From NCBI GenBank assembly GCA_030141605.1, contig JAQGDQ010000120.1, positions 434,001 through 498,000 of the forward strand: a DNA stretch of 64,000 nucleotides, given 5' to 3'. The notes below the pieces were generated by a model. That model did no database searches and was not told the origin of the DNA. It worked only from the letters and a program-made list of their open reading frames with translations. Made by a program: the position numbers and the translations under genes. Shown here piece after piece: positions 54,105-64,000 of the stretch (position 1 is the stretch's first letter; every line of letters starts with the position of its first letter). The DNA comes from Tubiluchus corallicola (lineage: Eukaryota > Animalia > Priapulida).

Positions 54105-57100
54105 TCGCTGCGCATGCAGAATTCAAACATAAAAATCTTCCCCGTTTTTAATGCGCGTGTTCATCGACACCGTCTGTGATATATTGCGGCTGAATCTCCA
54201 CGCGCCATCGTGGGCTTCTCTTCCCTTTGACATTTCCTCGTCACGATGGCTTCGCCAACGCCGCGTGTGGGAAGAAGCCGACACGGTGCACATCTCTCCA
54301 GTTGCTATGGTTACCAGGCTGTGTTGTCGCGCTTGTAGCTGCATCATTGTCTGGTGATCAAAGGAAGGGCAGAGAGTACGAATTTAATTTCGAACAGAAT
54401 CGGATGATATTTTGAAAAAGGTTTGGCCTATTCCTGTAGGTGTTTGTAGAGGCGACAGTGTGCGCGGGCTGTTGCCGAGTGTCCATTTATCCACTGCCAT
54501 TATATCAATGGTATTGCAATATGCCACTAAGGTTAATGCGCGTCCTACTGTACCATCTCAGTTGTTGGTTTGCTCAGAAGCAATACTCTCAGGTACTCAT
54601 AAATGTCTTCATAATTGATCATTTACTGTAAATTTATATTTCACATCTGTTGTGTATGCTTCAGAACAGTTACATATATTACCGTTGCCTTTCTACTAGC
54701 AAGCCTGTAGAAGACGTTACATAAAAGATCTTGATAAAGTTTGTTCCTTGCAGTCGGTAGAAGATATTACTAGGACCCCATTAAAGAGCGATGTACTCTT
54801 TGGAAGTAGTATTCAGTAAATTGTTCAATGTTCACCAAAAGTTGTCATTTTGGTGATGAGAAAAAATCCCAGCTATACTATGCCTGTATACGTGCGTGTT
54901 CCATCCTTCAGTTTGACTCAAGGTCGTCAGTCTGTCATCGTTAGGTCAAAGATTCAGAGTTAGCGCCAAAATTTCGAAATCCTATTAGCAGTAAACATCC
55001 GATATTCAATTTTGTTTGAATTAGATATGGTTGAGAATCAATACTTACTGATCTTCTCTCAGAAACACAAGCTAGTCATTGCGAAATGTTGCCGGTCGTA
55101 AAGCTTTAAATTAATTGTTTGTTTTCAGCCGTAAAGTCTGAATTTCTGTCTGAGCGATATTACCACTAGCATTCCATTTTTAAAATTAGATAAACCGCAA
55201 ACGTAATTCCAAAAATGGACGTTCTGGCGCGGTTTACTGCCGGAAAAGTAAGTGCTGCTTCTGATAAACATGGCGTCGACGGTAATTTCAGCATTTTCAG
55301 TTTGTGTGTATACAAGTTTTACTGGAGTCACTGTCTTAGACAGAGCTTGGACGGAGCCAGTATGTAGCACACGATGCACAACATTGCTGGGAAGCCATGA
55401 CGTTGACGTCATCGACTATGTCTGGGTCAGATGATGTTGACTAAACCCGGGTCACTTAATGGCTTAACAAGCAGTCGCCGACTGACTGCCTGAAATCTCT
55501 GTGAAAATAAACTAGTGAAATGTTTCACGGAGTACTGGAGACATGATGCCAGTTTATTTATTCTCGCGCGGCGCTGACTTTGATGTATTGTACCCGTATT
55601 ACAGTAATTGGACTAGCTTATTGGCAATTATCATAACTCGTGCACAAGCCGAAATGGATCCTATTAGCACGCGGTGGGACATTCATTCGCTCAATTTGCC
55701 ATTTGATTTAGAGGGCAGTCAGGTCACCAATGGAACTAAATATAAATCGGTTTAGGAAAATGAAATTCTCAACATATTTACATAACTGGCCCTACAAACA
55801 TATCAGCAGGTTCTATTTCATAACCCTATTTTTGCCACGCTTTTCTCATAAAGCTTTATCTTAAAACTCGTTCACTGCTATTTATAATAATAAAACATGT
55901 GGCTTAAAAGCAGTTGGTAATCGGTTAACTCGCAGAGTCGATTGACCTATGAACCATGATCGACTGTGGTCTGTGAACTACCATCTATAATTTAACCCTA
56001 CTTAACACTTGAAAGAGAACTTTTTTCTGGGTATGCGCAAGCTTAGTGACCGCCATTAAGTGTTTCTTGGCAAGCATTTCTTTTGAATCTTAGGCACCCT
56101 GCAATAAGGAGATGTCTCGCCTTTACACTTTCTGTGATTTGTCACAATCTCTTGTTCTTATTCATCACTCATTCTTGTCATTCTTGACATTCATTTTCTC
56201 GCTGTTCCACAGAATTCGGCCGCAGATCAACAGTAGCTAATTGTAAGGGCATGACTGCTGTAAAAGCATTGTGGTTTATGACGTCGGTGTATACAATTCC
56301 CGCGACATTTGCCTGTAAGTAAACTTAAGTAGATTGCGCTTGATAAAATTAATAATACATGGTTATGTCACTAAACTATGTCGTATGACATATTGTGCGA
56401 AAATTGCATTAATCTTGCATATGTGGTAATTTGTAGTCATTCGATTCTCGGGCCAGATTAATGATTGAGAATAGCGGGGAGTCGCAGCCAACAGATGTCT
56501 GCCGAGACTGAGGCTGAACAGTTTAAACATGTATGCAATCATGTAAATTAATTTTGTGTGAGAGAATGACACAGCGGTCTGATAAAGCTTTATAAAAGGA
56601 TAAAAGAACGCAGTGCTTTTGCATTTTATATTTGTTAGTCGGCAGGCATTTTCTCCAGCACCTATACATCCGTGTGTGCAGAACGTTACATTAAAAACTG
56701 GGACTTGACGCTCTAGTTGAACTCACACTAGTTGAGCGACACAATGGCTCAGTGTTGCTGTTTAACCATTCTTTCGTAATTTCTGCATGGATAATAACTT
56801 TTTTCTGCTTACGATGCCGTGACGTGAAATTGCATTATTGAATAATTGCACATGCTGTAAAGCAGTCGAGTTTCCGCAATTGTAGCATAAACTGACCAGA
56901 CAAAGTGATGCCCCAGCGTACCATTGTGCTCCATTTTGAATTCGGAATGTCCTTGGGTCGTGTCCGCGTATTGTCGAGGACGCTGGGGACATCTACACAA
57001 TTATAGTTGGATAATAGTCTGCTAATACGTGACTGTGTGCTTCAGTTTTTTTGGTGTCCCCAACCGTTCCAATTCTATAGCCATTCCGAGGTGTTTCGTT

Positions 57101-60100
57101 ATCACGAGCGCTGACTAATTGCTTGTTAAGTTGAATGTATAGTTTTAGTGTCGCATACATACAGTACTTCCTGTCGTATTCATGCCTGTAATGTTGGTGT
57201 TTCCATGCTTTAAGCGAAACAATAAATTCTTTTCGTTTGGCCAATACATTCCCATTGCCCAACATGTCGCCATGTGAACTGAACAGCGCATGTTGGTGTT
57301 ACATAAACCAGACTTATTTTCAACGCTCACTTCGTCTGATCTTCTTTCAACAAAACAGAAATTCTAACTTGAGATGTCTATGTAGGACTGACAATGTTTT
57401 TCAGATTGTTATATAACCTTATCGTGTAGGCAAGCTCCATAACCTAAAAGGCGAGTGTCACAACTCACAAGATGCAGGGCGTCTCGCCGGGCAGATTGTT
57501 TCTATACTGCGCGCCCTCCGTCGAAGCCATGCCGTCTAATCAGTGTTTGTGTTGTGGCTAATGTGTTGGCTTCCACGCGCCCTCAAAACTTGTCCAAAGT
57601 CTGCTTGGTATTTGCTTTGTAATGCGCCCGCGATCACACATGTTGATTGGGTGAGTAAAAACCCAGCGCTCCTCCTCTCCACTGACTTTAATATTTCACC
57701 GCGGTCCCTTTGATCTCCTAAATAAGTTGTTTTAACAGTGAACTGTATAGGTGTGTACCACGTTGTTCATAGACCCGGTTAGATTGCTGTAATAAATAAT
57801 TCTCGGCAGCTGAGTATTTTCGGTTCTCTTTAGTTCGCTTTGATTAGTAAAGGCTTGGTGATAAATTTCAAATTTTATAAACAACTCGTTTGTTCGATGC
57901 TGGGCGTTTTCTGTTTTCTAATCTTTTTTGTTCTAAACAGAACACGTATGACGATGGTGGCAATCACAGTGTTGATGGTGATAATTATATGTTTTAAATA
58001 CTATTGAGTAAAGCATGTAATTATTATTACTTCTTTAGATTATGGTGACAACAAAAACGACAGTTCAGCGTCAACCAACAATTAACAAGAAGTTAAGAAT
58101 AGGAGCAACCGCTCAACAATGTCGCGCATTATTATTATGCGAAGAATGCTGATATCGTCATGCTGAGAAGAGATAAACCAAAAAACAATATCATAGAAAA
58201 AGAAATTAGAATTAGCGTCACGTTGTTTCTGTTCAGTAATGTTTTCTAGAATTAACTAGTCCAAACTTACATACACTAACTTCCAAGCATTTGCACGTAA
58301 GGCCATACACAATCACTCCGCATTTAACTAATGACTGGCAGCATCCAAGGTTAATTCAACTTAACTAACTCCCTTTATTAGGTTGCGCTCTTCCTTTAAA
58401 ATTGTTATGGTTTTCAGACATGTCTGAGACCGTATATATATATATATATATAATCTAATAGGATTTCTCACTCATCCTTGATCCGTCATTATCATTAATA
58501 AAGCAACCGGAAGACTAACAACAGCAAGGCTTCATAACAGTAATTGTCTTTGACATCAAACGTTGATGGTATATGATTCTTCACTTTGCCCTATTATGGC
58601 ACTATACGTCTCTAGGGATTTATTTACTGCGCCGTTCACAGTACAAAAAGTGGATTAGCGCTTGTTTAAATAAACTTTTGATGTCCTTTACTGGCAGGAT
58701 TAGAATCATGTGCTAGCCGGCACCATCCTTGCAGCGAAATTGTCTAAATTAACATCTGAAATCCACAGTATTATAAGTGGAATAACGGAATAACGTTGAA
58801 CTTAAAACTGTTGATTAAACAACTAAGAAAAATGTAAATTCTGCTTTGAGGTACGTAGTCCAGAAAAAAGCTGTAAATTCATTGTGCAATCTTCAATTTT
58901 ATATTTCCCTCGTCAAACAACTAAATAGCAAAAGATTTCCACAGCAAGTTCCCAACAGCCTGTCTGTCCGTGCCGTCCTAAATAATTATTATAAAATTCG
59001 CTTTATTTTTTGAAGCTTCATTAACATTAATCTAAAACTATAGGTAGCTCATTGTAGACTGAACAGTTCCATGGAATTTTTTTGGTTCTGCAACAGTCAG
59101 TTAATTTCTTTGTATATATGTAGAAGGCGCCTTTGTTTTGAAGTTGTGTTTTCAGGAACTACTGCGTAGCTTCCCAGCCTGACAGCAGTCACTAATTCGA
59201 GACATTTGAAGTGCATGTTCTGCCATGTAAAAGCGACTCGTGTAGGTGGTTCATTATAGGACTACTAGAAATGGGAGGCCATATCATAATTGCTATTTAG
59301 GCATCTCTGTATCGCTATATAAATATATATGGAAGACAGGTGATGATGTTATACAGAGTTACAGACTGTAGAAGACTGTTGGCTGCAGGCGTTATTTCTA
59401 AATTGCCTATTATACGCTTTAGTCTACATGTAATTAACTATGATCATTTATTTTGAATAGATGTTCCCTAATGTTACATTGTAAACACCAGTATATCTAT
59501 TTTACTTGTACAGAATACACGTTAATAATTAAGTTAGTTGCTGTAGAAGGATAGCCTAGTATAGTGACTTCTTCTATGCCTAACGTTAATCAATATACTC
59601 TGATTGGGCTTGAAAATTAGAACGCTTTATTGCGGCTGCATACCCAGTTCGGTAAGTGATGCATCTTTTTGGTCACTGCAGGCAATTCTAAACTTTTTGA
59701 AAACTAGATTCATTATTTTTGAATTTTGATAAATGGCTTGTATGCGAAAGGCGTACGTAAGCAGCTTGTCTCTTTACGTCTCTCTAATTGCGAGAGATGC
59801 GAGAGAAGCCTCTAATTTTTAGATTAGCTGTACACAAATGTAGATTTTTATACTGTCTATTTTTTACTTTTTGTGTCGTGGGGGGTTATTTACTTATTTT
59901 TGTGTGTGAATGCTGAAAATTAAAGCAGAAAGTTTATTCACTGCTCATTGATAGATGAGAGAAATTATTCTGATTTATTCAGCAAACAATGCCATTTTTA
60001 ATACCATCATTGAATATATGTACTTAAGGATAAATCTTAGTTATTGCTGTCACCTCAAGCAGAAGTTTTTCCACGTACCAAACGTGTGCAGGTAAAGGTA

Positions 60101-61694
60101 AAATCAGTCCTCGTAGTATTGGAAACATGCCATCTACACATGCGTGGACGATCGTGTAATCATTTGGCGGGGGATTCCCTCAGGTCGTTTCCAGACACAA
60201 TCCGACATGTGTCGAATTATCATAATGCATTTTACTTGAACCAGTGGAAAGATTTTTTTATATACTTAAAAATATGTATCGTGCAATTAGCAGTTTTTTT
60301 GCTTAGCTGCATATTCAGTGAAGTAGTAAGGACTTCCTCTCAAGACATTGTAAATGTTCTACATATGCTGATTGTGCAAGTCAGTCTCAGCATATTTAAG
60401 GGATGTGGCAGGTAAAGTCATAACAGTACCATGTACCCGCTAGTTGACCTGTCAGTTTATACGAAGTTGTTGTCTTTGAATTAGGGGTCATCTACAATTT
60501 TATGAATGGCATGCTTTAGTGCCTTTTTAGTGCCCCAAGTGCTTTTCTGTGTAATAATATTCGCTTACTTAGAGCTTTTGACTTTTCATTGAACCCCGCA
60601 TTTACGGGGGCTACACTGAGTCTACGGAATGATTTGCGTGACAAAAGTGCGTGCGTGAGTGAGCGAGCGTGTAGTCTGGTTACGCATTGAGTCGTAACAG
60701 TAGATTTCATTCATGACTTCCGCTTTGCGTAAATATGAATGGGTATTGTGCGCTCGGAGTCACTGGTTGTATCCGTGAGAAACTTACTTACATTAAGTGT
60801 TTTGTTGTAAAAAAATAAGGCATTCAAATTATGATATTCGGTATTGTGTAAATTGCTTAACACTGTTGATGTATCATTATGTCTCGTTTGTGACACTGCC
60901 ACTATATAGAAAAAATAAATACTTTTTACATTGCTCTAATAAACGTGAGATTTTTAATGGCCGCTTATTTATAAGTACGTGTAATTGTAAATTATAACAC
61001 TTGTGATCGAAACTTAAACTATTTATGCTTAAGTAAAATAAGGAATACATCCACATCATCATAGCTCAATGCCAAACTTTGGCGTCTTTATGTGCTTTAT
61101 TTTGTTTATGATGTTTGCTTAGTAAATTAAACTGATTTTTACGCGAATCAGTTCTTTTATTAAAATACATTTGCTTGAATATTGTTGAATGTTTTATTTA
61201 AAACCGAACTGATTTTTTTCTGTAATCCAAAAACATTGTGCCTTGTTCTTCCTGTGTAGACCTGTAAATTACTCAGCATGATTTAATGACTTGGTAAGCG
61301 TACTCGATACGCTCTTGCGCTGTAAAATAGTGCAATTTGCTGTCTGTTTCGAGTGTATCGACTTCTCTCGGGTTTATGCTGCTTGCAAATGCGTGTTTGT
61401 ATTGTACGGCGATTTCTAGCAGCAGCTTGCAGCGGGAGGCGATCCGCTGTCTGGTTCGCTCAACTGCGCCACATGCTGCCTTACGTGGGAATGAACTGGT
61501 GCTGACCTCTTTTGGCAGTCATAACAAGCTTTGATCTTGCCGTCTAGTAGCTAACACTTGCACATGTTGCGATATTAGGAAGTGAAAAATTGTAATATTT
61601 CTTTCTGATGCCCAGGTGATATTTCTTTATATTATGATAAATCGGTAATTTTTTTGTGCTAAGTAGAGTTATTTACATCTGTTATTTTTTTTAG

Positions 61695-61895
<201 letters not shown>

Positions 61896-62366
61896 TAATT
61901 GTAAAAGTTATATTTTTGCCACTTATACAAATGCCAATTCTGATTATATAAAATTCCATTTCTAATTCTGATTTGGGCTAATTTGCTTCCCACTCACTTT
62001 TTCCGCCAACTGTCCCATACAGTTTGAACATGAATTGTCCCCATAGATTGGTGGTTTACTGGACTGTGCACGTTTAATGAAACTTAGTCGGAAACTCAAT
62101 GCTGCGGGACAAGCTGCTGTCAGTTTTCCTCTTGATTGTTCAGAATGGTTTAGTATATCTCTATTTTTATTCTATAAGCTTGTATGTTTTTGTCCAAAGT
62201 TAAAAAACTGCTGATAACGTTAACCTTTGAATAAAATTTCGTTATTTCTAATGGAGATATGAAGCATTATCATAAACTGCAGTGCTTTTCTCAAGAACAG
62301 GCAGGCGGACACCCTGGTAAGCCAGAATTGGGAGATCTTTGCTAACAGTGACGCGTTTAATCTTGA

Positions 62367-62918
<552 letters not shown>

Positions 62919-63111
62919 TAGCATTTATGTAGGCTTTTAATTATGCACTCCTTCATTGTATGTTAATGAAGTTGTCCTACCTGCAATATAATTCTGTTTT
63001 ATTATTTACCTATGCAGTATTAGTTTATGGAGAATGAGTCGAGGTTTTTTTATGGCTATGTCATTTTTAGTTAGCTAAGTGTGTGCATAATGTCAAGGAA
63101 ATCTTTTCTAG

Positions 63112-63315
<204 letters not shown>

Positions 63316-63559
63316 TAATTATTTTATTTTTATTGTGTGTGTGTAGAACTATTATTACTATTATTCAATGGTGCAAATTGTATGAAACTAAAATGTCACA
63401 TTTTTGCATGTGTGTGTTACATGCTGTGAATGTCACAGCTTACTTATTCATAAATCATTATGACAAACAAACTTGTGTCTCACAACTAGCTGCCATTTAA
63501 GTATACAGCACTGAACCACTTAATAATTTTAATTATTAATGATACTTTTCTGTTGTTGC

Positions 63560-63697
63560 ATATTTCGTCTAATTTCAATATCGTTTTTATCGTTCGAAAT
63601 AATTTATCGTATCGTCTAAAAACAGTTCGTCGTTATAGTATCGTTAGAAAAAAAGTATCACATCATATCGCCAAATTTGTATCGTTTAGCAGCTCTA
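63560..63697. mobile_element. hAT/Ac-like MITE end with subterminal TATCG repeats
   Basis: Seven tatcg motifs converging on the terminus ...tatcgtttagcagctcta; the left end is not resolved. Confidence 0.4.
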
Positions 63698-63968
63698 TGT
63701 TAGCTTAATGAGAAGCTTTTCTTTATAAATCAGTGTTTTCGATGGGCAACCTTTAAATAATAAAAATGCTTCCCAAGTTATGACATGGGAACATGCATTT
63801 TAATTCCTTATTTTCATAAAAATAAAAAACAATGTCATAACTTGTTAGTAATTGTTTTTATAAAACTCGCGTGTGCTAAATAATATCTCATCATTGAATT
63901 TATCCTGACTGCATATTGCAAGGAAACTCGGCCATAGTTTCCATCTTAATTATTTATTTCAATTGCAG

Positions 63969-64000
63969 TTTGATCAGATGATGAAGATTGTAGAAGTGTT
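63969..64000 (+). CDS. DYRK1A: DYRK1A/minibrain kinase exon, partial (continues beyond the window)
   Basis: aattgcag|TTT GAT CAG ATG ATG AAG ATT GTA GAA GTG = FDQMMKIVEV(L); human DYRK1A has VDQMNKIVEVL. Confidence 0.93.

Overview
This is AT-rich eukaryotic genomic DNA from an invertebrate metazoan, judged by its intron-rich genes and repeat types; it is not prokaryotic. The window holds the last two coding exons and 3' UTR of fibrillarin (1035-~2200, +). Head-to-tail on the same strand follows a DYRK1A/minibrain-type kinase gene. It has a probable promoter and first exon near 6.2 kb and a candidate in-frame N-terminal exon at 9505-9633. After a ~33.6 kb intron come six firmly identified coding exons (43258-64000), and the gene runs off the window. 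The introns carry a decayed CR1-clade LINE, a tRNA-derived SINE, an RTE-related short retroelement with a perfect 17-bp TSD, several hAT-like MITE remnants, long hairpins and microsatellites. Most notable: (1) the FBL->DYRK1 tandem arrangement matches human FBL->DYRK1B; (2) a duplicated intronic cassette carries twin 21-nt microexon-like units, one open and one stop-containing in the DYRK1 frame; (3) perfect CRE sites are in apparent excess across the locus; (4) one intron has a U12-like donor. Almost all short ORFs in the supplied track are spurious.
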